Assembly: GCA_002418265.1 (NCBI GenBank)
Contig: DIDS01000014.1
Span: 72,588 to 136,587 of the forward strand
Origin: Acidimicrobiia bacterium UBA5794
GTDB lineage: Bacteria > Actinomycetota > Acidimicrobiia > Spongiisociales > UBA5794
Direction of reading: 5' to 3'
DNA length: 64,000 bases
The position numbers were made by a program, and so were the translations under genes. The notes below the pieces were generated by a model, which saw only the letters and a list, made by a program, of their open reading frames with translations, was not told where the DNA came from and ran no database searches. Positions 19,017 to 28,861 of this stretch are shown here, piece by piece (the first letter of the stretch is position 1; every line of letters starts with the position of its first letter).

Positions 19017-21470
19017 CTCGTCGACCGATGATGGCAGTTCGAGCCGGAAGACGGACGCGCCGTCATAGTGATAGGTGAGGCTTCCACGCATGAGCTCGGC
19101 AAGTGTCCGCGACACCGCCAGACCGAGCCCAACTGACCCCGGGCGGCCAGCCGTTTCATGTGCCCGTTCGTACGGTTCAAAAATGCGTTCGCGATCTTCT
19201 TCCGCGATCGGGGCACCGTTGTCGCGCACTTCGATCACACAGACACCCGCTATCACCTCACCGACCACCTCAATCTCACTCCCTCCGTAGCGAATCGCGT
19301 TCGAAACGAGGTTTCGCAGAATCTGACGAAGACGAATCGGATCGGCATCGATCGTGGCCCTGGGAACGTCGGCCTCAATCACGCGAGAGGTGTGGGACTC
19401 GAAACCTGCGAGCACCCCCGAAACCTCAGCGGCAACGTCGACAGGAATGATCTGGACCGAAACGTTGCCGATGTTCGCACGAGCCGCCACAAGCAGGTCC
19501 TCGATCAAGTCCGCCATGTCTTGACTCTGACCGACAAGCATGGATGTGAACTCATCCATCTCCTCATCCGACAGCGACATCCATCGCTGCCTCAGTTCGT
19601 GTGCAAGGCCACTGACAACCGTCAATGGTGTGCGTAGTTCGTGCGACACGCTCGCGACGAATGCATCCTTGGACTTGACGAGCGCCTCTAATTTGGCGTT
19701 CACCCCAGCCCGGTCAACGGCCGCCGCCAGAACGTTCGTAACGGAGTACAGGAAGTTGAGATCGTCCGCTGTGAAGACGCGTTCGTTTCGTGACAAGACG
19801 ACGAGCGTTCCGAAATCAATCTCCTTTCCGGGAACCATCAACGCGATGCACGACTTGTATCCCGCCTCCAGAAGGGCTGGCGCAGCGAACCGCACTTCGG
19901 CAGCAGTTCGGAGAAAAACAGGTGATGCGGCCATGTGTGTCCGATCGGCGACTCCAGAAAGGACGGATGCCTCCACTCCAATGTTTCGGTTGGAACCGAC
20001 GGTTTGGAAGAACCCCTTCGAATCGCGTCGCAAGACCGCGACGCTGTCGGTCGCGAGCACCTCGGAAACCACATCCGACAGCGCATCGCACAACAACGCA
20101 ACATCCTCACACTCAAGTGCCAACTGCCCGATTGATGCCGCAGCCTCTTGCTGGACCGCGCGAACCCACAGTTCGTCTTCGACGTTGCGCCGGGCGGTCA
20201 CATCCACCATTGCCCCCTCGTAGTACGGCCCCGTCGGTGATTCGATCAACCGTGATGTGTCGCGTATCCAGCGGAGGGAGCCGTCGTGCGTCTTGACCCG
20301 CCACTCGTATCCTGCAACGACCCCCTCCTTGTTGAGGAGTTCGGTGAGCTGGTCGCGGTCAGCTTCATCGGCGTAATAGCTGCGCGCATTCCTTCCAAGG
20401 ATCTCCTCCTTGGTGGTGGCTCCGAGCAGCTCAACAAGGGCGTCGTTGACATGAGAGATACTCCCATCGGGGTGTGTTCGATACAGCGCAACAGGAATCC
20501 GCTCAAAGAAGGCCCGATAGTCGACGCGTGTCCGCCTGAGCTTCTCTTCTGCTATTGCTTGACCGGATCGGTCGTGAAACATGAGTTGCATCGCATGGTC
20601 ATGCCCATAGTCAACTGAATTGGCAGATAGATCGACCCAGACGACGTTGCCGTCGGCATCACGGAACTGGACCTGCTGACTCTCGACGGTTTCCCACAGG
20701 TTGAGAACTCGACCTCGGAGCTCCTTGAAGAGCCGCATGGAGTCTTTGTCGACGTAGTTTGTCATCTTGGTTCCTGCGATCGACACACCTCCCGAACCAA
20801 GCATCGTGTTGGCGGCTTCGTTGGCGTAGAGGATGAGGTTCTCAACAACGACAATGAAACCAATCGGAGCGGTGTCCATCAATTTGCGATATCGCTCCTC
20901 CCCTGTCTCGGCAGCGTCGTTGACGGCGGAGAAGTACCGATCGATCAGGGTGAACGCAACATACGATCCGATAAGACCTGCCGTTGCGCCGAGGAGAAGT
21001 AATGGACTCACGTCGGCCGCTGCGTTGACGGGCAATTCGGCAAGTGCCGAGTCTGCAAAGGAGACGACAACCAGCTTCGACAGCTGGAGGGCTATGGCGA
21101 GCCCGGCAACGAAACGTCCTTCTCGCGATGACCCCAGGAGTACGGCGTAGCCGATGGCCCACATGGTGAGCATGAGCGAAAGCCCGCTGACTTCGGGAGC
21201 GAAAAGCCAAAGTCCATACGCGATGACAAGGTCCCAAGCGGCAGCTGCCTTCACACCGGTTCCTTCTCGTGACTGACGCACCACAAATGGCGTGATGGTT
21301 GCTATCACAATCACCAAGACACCGAACACGACCGTTACCGATCTTGTCGACGTTGCGGTCGGTATGAACAGCGCAGGAATACCAGCAGCGAGGTAGACAA
21401 CGGCGCGGACGCGTAGAAGGGTCACGATCAAGTGCCCTCTCTCCTCGCGCACGGTCATGCCAGAAGACAT
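18912..21470 (-). CDS. Membrane sensor histidine kinase with polytopic N-terminal domain, two PAS domains, a GAF domain, HisKA and HATPase_c
   Basis: H-box SHELRTPLTVVSGLAHEL, N/G-box RNLVSNAIRYGG...DNGAPI...GLGLAVS. Start uncertain (M at 21470 or 21458). The 3' end overlaps the zwf 3' end convergently by 105 nt. Confidence 0.8.
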   Translation of the reverse strand: MSSGMTVREERGHLIVTLLRVRAVVYLAAGIPALFIPTATSTRSVTVVFGVLVIVIATITPFVVRQSREGTGVKAAAAWDLVIAYGLWLFAPEVSGLSLMLTMWAIGYAVLLGSSREGRFVAGLAIALQLSKLVVVSFADSALAELPVNAAADVSPLLLLGATAGLIGSYVAFTLIDRYFSAVNDAAETGEERYRKLMDTAPIGFIVVVENLILYANEAANTMLGSGGVSIAGTKMTNYVDKDSMRLFKELRGRVLNLWETVESQQVQFRDADGNVVWVDLSANSVDYGHDHAMQLMFHDRSGQAIAEEKLRRTRVDYRAFFERIPVALYRTHPDGSISHVNDALVELLGATTKEEILGRNARSYYADEADRDQLTELLNKEGVVAGYEWRVKTHDGSLRWIRDTSRLIESPTGPYYEGAMVDVTARRNVEDELWVRAVQQEAAASIGQLALECEDVALLCDALSDVVSEVLATDSVAVLRRDSKGFFQTVGSNRNIGVEASVLSGVADRTHMAASPVFLRTAAEVRFAAPALLEAGYKSCIALMVPGKEIDFGTLVVLSRNERVFTADDLNFLYSVTNVLAAAVDRAGVNAKLEALVKSKDAFVASVSHELRTPLTVVSGLAHELRQRWMSLSDEEMDEFTSMLVGQSQDMADLIEDLLVAARANIGNVSVQIIPVDVAAEVSGVLAGFESHTSRVIEADVPRATIDADPIRLRQILRNLVSNAIRYGGSEIEVVGEVIAGVCVIEVRDNGAPIAEEDRERIFEPYERAHETAGRPGSVGLGLAVSRTLAELMRGSLTYHYDGASVFRLELPSSVDESDPGPDAGLGHDQPLGAFGSMGSSRIGVDVGAIQ

Positions 21471-21545
21471 GGGTTTGCATCGGCACGTCGGTGGCTTCCC
21501 TTGAAGGAAGGCAGAAAGCGGACAACGGTCCTCAGATCTCAATGC

Positions 21546-21896
21546 TCAGATTGCCTGACCGACGATGAGACCAAGAGCTGCTGCTGCGACGCCCGAGATG
21601 AGAGGAACCACGGTCGCGGCGATCTTGGGTTTCGGGTCTCGTTCGTCATCGATCTCGACCATCCACGTGGAGAATGTCGTCAAACCACCGAGCACACCCA
21701 CAGTCAGTGGTTGGGTGTCGAATGTGGCGATGGAGATGTGTAACCCGTACGCGACGCCAAGTATGAATGCGCCCGTGATGTTCACGACGGTGGTTCCGAT
21801 CGGAAATCCCGTATCCGTGGTGCCGAGCCACAGGGTCGTGAGCCATCTGACAACGGCTCCGACCCCACCGCCAATGACGATCAAGGCGACGATCAC
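21546..21896 (-). CDS. crcB: Fluoride ion channel CrcB/FluC, subunit 2
   Basis: Hydrophobic 116-aa protein with GTTVVNITGAFILG and GGLTTFSTW motifs. GTG start overlaps the stop of the upstream crcB (GTGA). Confidence 0.75.
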   Translation of the reverse strand: MIVALIVIGGGVGAVVRWLTTLWLGTTDTGFPIGTTVVNITGAFILGVAYGLHISIATFDTQPLTVGVLGGLTTFSTWMVEIDDERDPKPKIAATVVPLISGVAAAALGLIVGQAI

Positions 21897-22285
21897 CAGC
21901 GAGTTCCATTCGATCGCCCGGTCGCCACACGTCCGCCAACCAGTCGTCCGGCAACGGCTGCCACAACACCAAGCGACACTGAGACAGCAATCCATGCAGC
22001 CGAGCCGACCCAGATTCCGGCATCGGCGAGGAGCACTGACTCCAGGGCAAACGCCGAAAACGTCGTAAACGATCCCAGGAACCCGACAGCGAAGAAACGG
22101 TTGACGTGGACGTGATGGGATGACGCCCTTGCGAGAAACCATCCGAGGATGAAAGCCCCAACCACGTTGACGAACATCAGTGAGCCACGGCCCCCATCAC
22201 CAATAATGTTGACGACAACGCGCATCGCCGTGCCTGCCGCACCACCGGCAAAGACAAAGATGAGTTCACGAACATGTTTGGGCAT
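21893..22285 (-). CDS. crcB: Fluoride ion channel CrcB/FluC, subunit 1
   Basis: VNVVGAFILGW and GFLGSFTTFSAF motifs; 130 aa. Confidence 0.8.
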   Translation of the reverse strand: MPKHVRELIFVFAGGAAGTAMRVVVNIIGDGGRGSLMFVNVVGAFILGWFLARASSHHVHVNRFFAVGFLGSFTTFSAFALESVLLADAGIWVGSAAWIAVSVSLGVVAAVAGRLVGGRVATGRSNGTRW

Positions 22286-22315
22286 CTGGACGAAGTTACA
22301 CGCACCGCGTTGCCA

Positions 22316-24010
22316 CTAGGCGTCGCACTCACTCGATTCGCCGTCAGCATCCGCCCGAATCCCCGCGTCCTGATCCCGGATCACGGAGGCAACCTTGCCC
22401 CGTATCCGTTGAAGATCGGGGATGGGATGACCAATGGTGTCCCAACCTGGCGCGTAGTAGCCGGGGTTGAATCCCACCGTTTCGATGTCCGAGAAATCAA
22501 GCCTCGCGGTCATCTCAAGCATGTCTGCTGCAAAGGTCACGGGCAGATCCGTCACCATCGAACCATCCAGGGCATCGACAATTCCCCCAAGTCCGCGAAG
22601 CAAGGTGAACGGTGTCGACTTGGCGGCGACAGCACGCAACATGCAGCGCTGGCGTTGCATACGGACATAGTCACTCGATCCCTTCCGTGCCCGGACATAG
22701 GCCAACGCCTCAAGACCGTCGAGACGGTGCCACCCGACATCAACATCCACCGTTGCCCACGGATCACCCTCACGGGGAGGTGAGACCTCGGACTGCAATG
22801 GCTCCTGCACATAGACGTCGACACCGCCGATCGCCTCAACGAGGTCCACGAACGCTGCCATGTCCACCAGGACGTAGTAGTCAATCTTGAGACCGGTTGC
22901 GTTCGACAGCACATCGCGTAGTGCCGCCATGCCGGGATCTGCTTCGTTGGGATACGTCTTGGTCCACTTGCGTGTGAACGGATACAGCGCGTTGAGTTGT
23001 TCTGGGAAGCACCGACACGAGGTGAAGCTGTCCACGGTGGTCTGTGTCTCACCCTCAGCCTCGCCCTCAGCCTCGCCCTCGGCCTCGCCCTCAGGTGCTG
23101 TGGCAGTCCTCGCAAGAATCTTTCTCTCAAGACTGGCGAATGCTCCACCCCAACCGGAGGGAAGCGGCATACTTCCCAGATTCCTCGGGAATCCGAACAG
23201 GGCGGCCTTCCCCGTTTGGGGATTGATCGTCGCAACCATCATCGTATCGGTTCGCAATCCACCTCTTCCGGGTCCGCCGTCGCCACCGGCAAGGAGAATC
23301 GTGATCCGGTCCGAACCGACACGTTCCTCGAATGGCAGCAGAGGGACGCCAGCCACCTCGTTCTGCCTTGATGCGAGATCGTTCTCCAACGCCTCGATCG
23401 CATCCGGATCCCCAAATCCCTCCTCAAAGATTCGGCTCCGCACAATCATTTCCGACGTTGCCTCGTGGTGATAGACCGTCACGACCGGATCGGCGACGAT
23501 GTCAGCGTCAGAGCCGACAGGGATCACCGGGGTGTCGGGCGGATCGTTGTCCCCTGCAAAGACGATGTCGAGAAGGCGCATGGCGTCAACGGTCGTCGTT
23601 GCGACGAACACATGTGGCACTACAACGAATGCCACAAGAACGGTTCCGCCCACGATCACCGCTGGCCGCGCCCACTCCCGTTTCGGCGCTTGAGCAAGGA
23701 GATAGGCGTCGACCGCACTCGCCAATCGCCATATCGCGGCAACCACATTTCCAGCAAAAAGGGTCCACAGCGCCGGCTTGGAGAGCGCTGCCCCAACGAG
23801 ATCGAACTTGTCGACATCCAACACGACATAACCAACGAGGACGATCGCGATCGGTGACGCCCACACAGCCGCCCGGAAATAGCGACGAAGGTACAGGTGT
23901 CCGGCACCGGGGATGAGGACGCTCAATCCAGCAGCAATCCAGGGCCGGTGCGGGGCGGGATTGCTGGCACTATCGACATCTTTTGTTCCGAGGGCATCGT
24001 TGTGCGTCAT
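22316..24010 (-). CDS. LytR-CpsA-Psr (LCP) family cell-envelope phosphotransferase, paralog 1
   Basis: N-terminal TM anchor and LCP core (ITILLAGGDGGPGRGGLRTDTMMVATINPQTGKAALFGFPRNL). Contains an (AEGE)x4 in-frame tandem repeat. Confidence 0.85.
   Translation of the reverse strand: MTHNDALGTKDVDSASNPAPHRPWIAAGLSVLIPGAGHLYLRRYFRAAVWASPIAIVLVGYVVLDVDKFDLVGAALSKPALWTLFAGNVVAAIWRLASAVDAYLLAQAPKREWARPAVIVGGTVLVAFVVVPHVFVATTTVDAMRLLDIVFAGDNDPPDTPVIPVGSDADIVADPVVTVYHHEATSEMIVRSRIFEEGFGDPDAIEALENDLASRQNEVAGVPLLPFEERVGSDRITILLAGGDGGPGRGGLRTDTMMVATINPQTGKAALFGFPRNLGSMPLPSGWGGAFASLERKILARTATAPEGEAEGEAEGEAEGETQTTVDSFTSCRCFPEQLNALYPFTRKWTKTYPNEADPGMAALRDVLSNATGLKIDYYVLVDMAAFVDLVEAIGGVDVYVQEPLQSEVSPPREGDPWATVDVDVGWHRLDGLEALAYVRARKGSSDYVRMQRQRCMLRAVAAKSTPFTLLRGLGGIVDALDGSMVTDLPVTFAADMLEMTARLDFSDIETVGFNPGYYAPGWDTIGHPIPDLQRIRGKVASVIRDQDAGIRADADGESSECDA
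23044..23100. repeat. In-frame 12-nt tandem repeat (4 copies) inside LCP paralog 1, encoding (AEGE)4
   Basis: ctcagcctcgccctcagcctcgccctcggcctcgccctc on the plus strand. Confidence 0.8.
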
Positions 24011-24091
24011 GCATCACCTCCTCGCACATGCGTACTGCACGGAAACGTACTCGGAACACCGTGTATCGGTGTCAACAGACGGTGTTCAGAA

Positions 24092-25681
24092 TCAGACACG
24101 GCATTCAGAATCCTCGCCTGAGTCAAATGACGTCGTTTCCGTGGCGTTGAACGCCACCTTCACCATTGCTTGGATTCGAGCAAGATCGGGGGTCGGCTTC
24201 CCTCGAAAATCGAGAACGGGTGTGTAGAACGGAGGCACAAACCCCACCGTTGCGATGTCATCAAAGTCCAGTGACGCCGTGTTCTCAAGAAGAGTCGGGA
24301 GATAGCTGAGCGGGATGTCCGTCTTGACACTGCTCGCCATTGCTTTTGAGAGATTGGAGAATCGGGTCAGGATCGTCGATGGCGTGGCCTTTGCCGCCAC
24401 AGCCTTGAGGAGACACCGTTGTCGCTCCATCCGGACATAGTCGTTGCTCGATCGGCGTTCCCTGACATACCCGAGGGCGTCAAGGCCGTTGAGGTGACGC
24501 CAGCCGGGCCCTACCTGGACCGTATGCCAAGGGTCGCCCTCCCTGGTCGGGGACATCTCGATCGACACATATCGCTTGACATACACATCAACACCCCCAA
24601 GGGCGTTGACGACGTTCACGAACCCCCGCATGTTCACAAACGCGTAGTAATCGATCTCGAATCCAAGCATGATCTCGAGCGTGTCACGCAGCGCGGCCAA
24701 ACCGGGTTCGCGCTCATTCGGATAGGTCTCAGTCCACGTGCGGGTGAAGGGATAGATCGCATTGATCTGGTCGGGAAAACAATGGCACGGAACGAATTGA
24801 TCCGGCTCTCCGTCACCATCATCGTCGGTCCACGCGCGACGCTCTTTCCATGGTGTCAATTGCTTCTCAAGATCCACGAATGCGGTGGACCAGCGATTGG
24901 GAAGCGGGACATGGGTCATGTTGCGAGGTATGCCGAAGATCGCAGCCTTCCCTGTGTTGACATCAAAAGTCGCGACGTTGATCGAATCAGTCCGAGAGCC
25001 TGACCGTCCCGGCCCTCCGTCTCCGCCTGCCAGAAGGATTGCGATCCGACCGTCACCGTCGGCCTGGTGATCAAAGGAGTCGCCCCGCTCCCTATCTCGG
25101 GTCGGTACAAATGCAATGTCATCGGTCGCGTCTTCCGCACCCATGAGGCTCGGGTCGAAACGCTCGACACCGGGCACAAACGCCGGTTCAACAACAACCG
25201 GGTCAGGGACCGTCGGGAGAGCTTTCTCGTCGAGATGAGGGTCGTAATCCTCAAATACGAAGGGCTCCGGTTCGGCGTTGACATCAGCAACGAAGACTTC
25301 GTCGAGAGCGTGGGCCGCATCGAGGGTGTATTGGGCAACGACGAGATGGGGAAGCGCAACCGCCACAGAGAGTCCAGCCACAATGGCGATCTTCCACCAT
25401 GCCCGTGATCCCGCTCCCAAAGAGAAGGCATCGGTCACGGCAAGGATTCGCCAGATGACAACAAGGAGGTTGACGATCAGGATCGACTTGAGCACCGTGG
25501 GACGCACGGCATATCCGATGAGATCGAATGTCGAAAGGTCAAGGATGAACAAGCTTGCGACCACACCGACGACGATCGGCAACGCATAGAGCGCGGCGCG
25601 GCGCCATCGACCCATGTAGCCCTGTCCGAGACCCGGGATCAAAGCCGACAGAAAAGCGGCGATCACACCGTTGTTCTTCAC
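24092..25681 (-). CDS. LytR-CpsA-Psr (LCP) family cell-envelope phosphotransferase, paralog 2
   Basis: RIAILLAGGDGGPGRSGSRTDSINVATFDVNTGKAAIFGIPRNM, with the same architecture as paralog 1. GTG start with a GGAGGA SD. Confidence 0.85.
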   Translation of the reverse strand: MKNNGVIAAFLSALIPGLGQGYMGRWRRAALYALPIVVGVVASLFILDLSTFDLIGYAVRPTVLKSILIVNLLVVIWRILAVTDAFSLGAGSRAWWKIAIVAGLSVAVALPHLVVAQYTLDAAHALDEVFVADVNAEPEPFVFEDYDPHLDEKALPTVPDPVVVEPAFVPGVERFDPSLMGAEDATDDIAFVPTRDRERGDSFDHQADGDGRIAILLAGGDGGPGRSGSRTDSINVATFDVNTGKAAIFGIPRNMTHVPLPNRWSTAFVDLEKQLTPWKERRAWTDDDGDGEPDQFVPCHCFPDQINAIYPFTRTWTETYPNEREPGLAALRDTLEIMLGFEIDYYAFVNMRGFVNVVNALGGVDVYVKRYVSIEMSPTREGDPWHTVQVGPGWRHLNGLDALGYVRERRSSNDYVRMERQRCLLKAVAAKATPSTILTRFSNLSKAMASSVKTDIPLSYLPTLLENTASLDFDDIATVGFVPPFYTPVLDFRGKPTPDLARIQAMVKVAFNATETTSFDSGEDSECRV

Positions 25682-25735
25682 ACCGTTCTCGTTCCTCCGC
25701 TACCTCAAGCCTACGCAGCCCGCCAACTTGTGCGA

Positions 25736-25836
25736 GTCAGACGTCAGACGTCAGAGAGCCCCCCTGCCCCTCGCTGCGCTCGGCGCGTCCCCCCGCAAGC
25801 GGGAGGACGGGAAGAAGAAGTCAGACGTCAGAAACC
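25736..25836. repeat. Composite intergenic repeat: (GTCAGAC)x3, GC-rich hairpin module, (GTCAGAC)x2
   Basis: gtcagacgtcagacgtcagagAGCCCCCCTGCCCCTCGCTGCGCTCGGCGCGTCCCCCCGCAAGCGGGAGGACGGGAAGAAGaagtcagacgtcagaa; sits in the divergent LCP/typA promoter region. Confidence 0.8.
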
Positions 25837-25873
25837 AGCGAGCGAAGTGAGCTCTCCGCTCTACCCTCGCACC

Positions 25874-27694
25874 ATGCCTCACGAATCTCTCCGTAATGTC
25901 GCGCTCATCGCTCATGTTGATCACGGCAAGACCACCCTCGTTGATGGGCTGCTTCGGGCTGCGGGTGTCTTCGCAGACCATGAGAAGCCGGTCGAACGCA
26001 TCATGGACTCCAACGACCAGGAGCGGGAACGAGGGATCACGATCCTCGCCAAAGCGGCGTCGATCGTCTGGCGTGGCGTCAAGATCAATCTGGTTGATAC
26101 CCCTGGACACGCCGATTTCGGCGGCGAAGTTGAGCGAGCCCTCGCCCTTGTCGACGGTGTGTTGCTCCTCGTTGATGCCGCCGAGGGACCGATGCCGCAA
26201 ACCCGTTACGTACTTTCCAAGGCGCTCGCCCTCTCTCTGCCCGTCGTGGTCGTTGTGAACAAGGTGGATCGACCCGACGCTCGACCGGCTGCGGTCGTGG
26301 ATGAGATTTACGAACTGTTCTTCGACCTCGACGCGAAGGAGGATCAGATCGAGTTTCCCATCGTGTCGGCCGTCGCTCGCAATGGGATCTCAGTCCGAGG
26401 TATCGGCATGCCGGATGATGACGCGACTCTGGCGCCAATCCTCGATGCGATCATCGAGACCATTCCCGAGCCGGAAGGCGATTCCTCCGCTCCGGTGCAA
26501 GCGATCGTCACCAATCTGGATGCAAGCGACTATCTGGGCAGACTGGCGATCGGTCGAGTGATACGAGGAACGATGGTCGCCGGCACACCGATCGCCCTCC
26601 TGCAAGACAACGGCGCCCCTCCCATCAAGCGCAAACTTGGACAATTGATGGGGTTCGTCGATCTCGGGCGCATCGATGTGACCGAGCGAATTGCGGGCGA
26701 TCTCTTCGTTGTCGCAGGATTCCCTGAGGTACAGATCGGTGACACATTCTCAGATCCTGAGACCATCGAAGCTCTGCCGAGGCTCGAGGTCGACGAACCC
26801 GTGCTCACGATGACATTTGGTGTCAACACGTCGCCGCTCGCTGGTACGGAGGGCACCTATCTCACGTCGCGACAGATCAAGGAACGCCTCGACAAAGAAG
26901 TCCTTGGCAACGTCTCGATCCGAATCGGCGAAACTGCCTCACCTGAAGTGATTGAAGTCGCCGGTCGCGGTGAACTCCAGCTCGCGGTTCTGATTGAATC
27001 GATGCGCCGCGAGGGCTATGAGCTACAGGTCTCACGACCCGAGGTCATCGTCAAGGTGATTGACGGTAAGGAACACGAACCCCTCGAGACAGTCACCGTT
27101 GACGTCCCAGACGAATATGTCGGTACTGTCACACAGGCGATCGCACCCCGCAAGGGTCGCATCACCCGGCTCAATCCGGGCGAGCATGGCAGAACGATCA
27201 TCGCGTTCACTGCCCCTTCGCGGGGACTCCTTGGATTGCGTTCTCATCTGATGACAACGACTCGTGGTACTGCTCTCGTCCACATGCACCACGAAGGTTG
27301 GGTGCCCTGGGTTGGCGAACTCCCCCACCGCCATGGAGGCGCAATGGTCGCCGACCGTCGTGGAACCTCGACCGGGTTTGCGCTCGACAATCTCCAAAAG
27401 CGTGGCGAGTTGTTCATCGATGCTGGTGTTGAGGTGTACGAGGGCATGGTCGTCGGGGAGGCTTCGCGACCAGAGAACATGGTCGTCAACGTCACAAAGG
27501 GAAAGCAACTCACCAACATTCGCACGCACTCCACCGATGATGCCATCAATCTCAAGCCGCCACGCGACATGGGTCTGGAACCGGCAATTGAGTGGATCGC
27601 TGCCGACGAACTGGTTGAGATCACACCTCAGTCGATACGGATACGCAAGAAGCTCCTCACCGAACCCGAGCGGAAGAGGGCAAAGACGAAATAG
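25874..27694 (+). CDS. typA: Ribosome-associated translational GTPase TypA/BipA
   Basis: G1 [11 protein letters not shown]3 DTPGHADF, G4 NKVD; 606 aa. Confidence 0.9.
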   Translation: MPHESLRNVALIAHVDHGKTTLVDGLLRAAGVFADHEKPVERIMDSNDQERERGITILAKAASIVWRGVKINLVDTPGHADFGGEVERALALVDGVLLLVDAAEGPMPQTRYVLSKALALSLPVVVVVNKVDRPDARPAAVVDEIYELFFDLDAKEDQIEFPIVSAVARNGISVRGIGMPDDDATLAPILDAIIETIPEPEGDSSAPVQAIVTNLDASDYLGRLAIGRVIRGTMVAGTPIALLQDNGAPPIKRKLGQLMGFVDLGRIDVTERIAGDLFVVAGFPEVQIGDTFSDPETIEALPRLEVDEPVLTMTFGVNTSPLAGTEGTYLTSRQIKERLDKEVLGNVSIRIGETASPEVIEVAGRGELQLAVLIESMRREGYELQVSRPEVIVKVIDGKEHEPLETVTVDVPDEYVGTVTQAIAPRKGRITRLNPGEHGRTIIAFTAPSRGLLGLRSHLMTTTRGTALVHMHHEGWVPWVGELPHRHGGAMVADRRGTSTGFALDNLQKRGELFIDAGVEVYEGMVVGEASRPENMVVNVTKGKQLTNIRTHSTDDAINLKPPRDMGLEPAIEWIAADELVEITPQSIRIRKKLLTEPERKRAKTK

Positions 27695-27706
27695 CCGCGC
27701 GACATC

Positions 27707-27812
27707 CGATGACCGATGACCGTACTCCGATGACCGTACTCTGAAATCAAGAGTCCAGCTCGTTGGACTCCACGTATCGGTTATCGGTAATCGGTAATCG
27801 GTAGTCGGACTT
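27707..27812. repeat. Long imperfect palindrome built from heptamer arrays (CCGATGA/CCGTACT on the left, ATCGGTT/ATCGGTA on the right) around a central hairpin; likely bidirectional terminator between typA and ppiC
   Basis: ccgatgaccgatgaccgtactccgatgaccgtactc...gagtccagctcgttggactc...tatcggttatcggtaatcggtaatcggtagtcgg. Confidence 0.7.
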
Positions 27813-28718
27813 CTACGTCGCGGGGAGGACCTGGGGGGATGGGTCTGTCACCCAAACGCCGACACTGTCTGGCACGACAACGTTTGCTGCCTCGACCGAC
27901 GCCATGAACCATGCGTCCACTGCTCCATACTTGGCAGTTGAGTCGAGATATTCGAGAACCGTGTCTTCGTCAGGTGTCGTGCGGGAGGACACCAAGATGA
28001 TGTGATATCCGTACTCAGACTCGACCGGGTCGGTTGGTGTACCGATCTCGGCGTTCATGGCAGCCTCGGCGAACTCGGGAACGAACCCGGAAGGTGCGAC
28101 GCAACCGAGGTCACCAGCGTTGGCACCGGACTGGGTGTCGATCGACAGCTCGGTGGCAAGCTCACCGAAATCCTCGCCGGCTTCGAGCCGTGCTTCCACC
28201 GCCTCAGCCTCGTCGAGGGTTGCAAGGAGGATGTGTGCTGAACACACCTCGGTCCAGTCGAGTGGGAATTCGGCCAGTTCGGCCGCAGCGTCCTCAAGCG
28301 TTGGCTTGGTGTAGTCATCGGCGAGCTCATCCTCGATTGCTTGCTGGATGATCAGCTGACGGGCATAGAGACGAATCCCCGCTTCTGAGGCGTTTGCCTT
28401 CTCGAGGTATTCGTCGAGGGTTGCTGTGGGCGAATAGTCAGCGACAAGTTCGTTGACTCGTGCATCGACCTCTTCATCCGTCGGATCGATGGAGAATTCC
28501 TCAGCGGCCGCCTGCTCGACAGCCTCCCATTGGATTGCGACTCCGAGAAAGCGCAAGAAGTCGGCGTCGTTGATACCTTCATCGGTGTTTCGAACCATGT
28601 TCTCAACATCTGCTCGCGTGATATCTGCATCACCGACGGATGCAACCACTGATGGGGAGCTTGAGCATGCGGCAGCCGTGATTGTGACGGCACCGACGAC
28701 GAGCATGAGGCGTTTCAT
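27813..28718 (-). CDS. PpiC/parvulin-type peptidyl-prolyl cis-trans isomerase lipoprotein (SurA/PrsA-like)
   Basis: Lipobox TAAAC, and parvulin domain (CSAHILLATL...GDLGCVAPSGFVPEFAEAAM...YGYHIILV). Confidence 0.75.
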   Translation of the reverse strand: MKRLMLVVGAVTITAAACSSSPSVVASVGDADITRADVENMVRNTDEGINDADFLRFLGVAIQWEAVEQAAAEEFSIDPTDEEVDARVNELVADYSPTATLDEYLEKANASEAGIRLYARQLIIQQAIEDELADDYTKPTLEDAAAELAEFPLDWTEVCSAHILLATLDEAEAVEARLEAGEDFGELATELSIDTQSGANAGDLGCVAPSGFVPEFAEAAMNAEIGTPTDPVESEYGYHIILVSSRTTPDEDTVLEYLDSTAKYGAVDAWFMASVEAANVVVPDSVGVWVTDPSPQVLPAT

Positions 28719-28861
28719 TTTCTCAAAGACCTTTCAAACGTGTGCAGGCAAGGCTATGGAGATCAGCTTGTTAGGGCATGGATCGCAGATGAGAATTTCA
28801 TGAACCTGTCAGTGCTCCACATTGGTTGTCATTCGATAGGCTCGCCCCAAGAGGAGGCCCT

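Noticed and set aside
22286-22315. Expected fluoride riboswitch upstream of crcB
   Set aside because: Only about 30 nt separate crcB from the upstream LCP gene, and no crcB-motif consensus is present. crcB is likely co-transcribed with the LCP genes.
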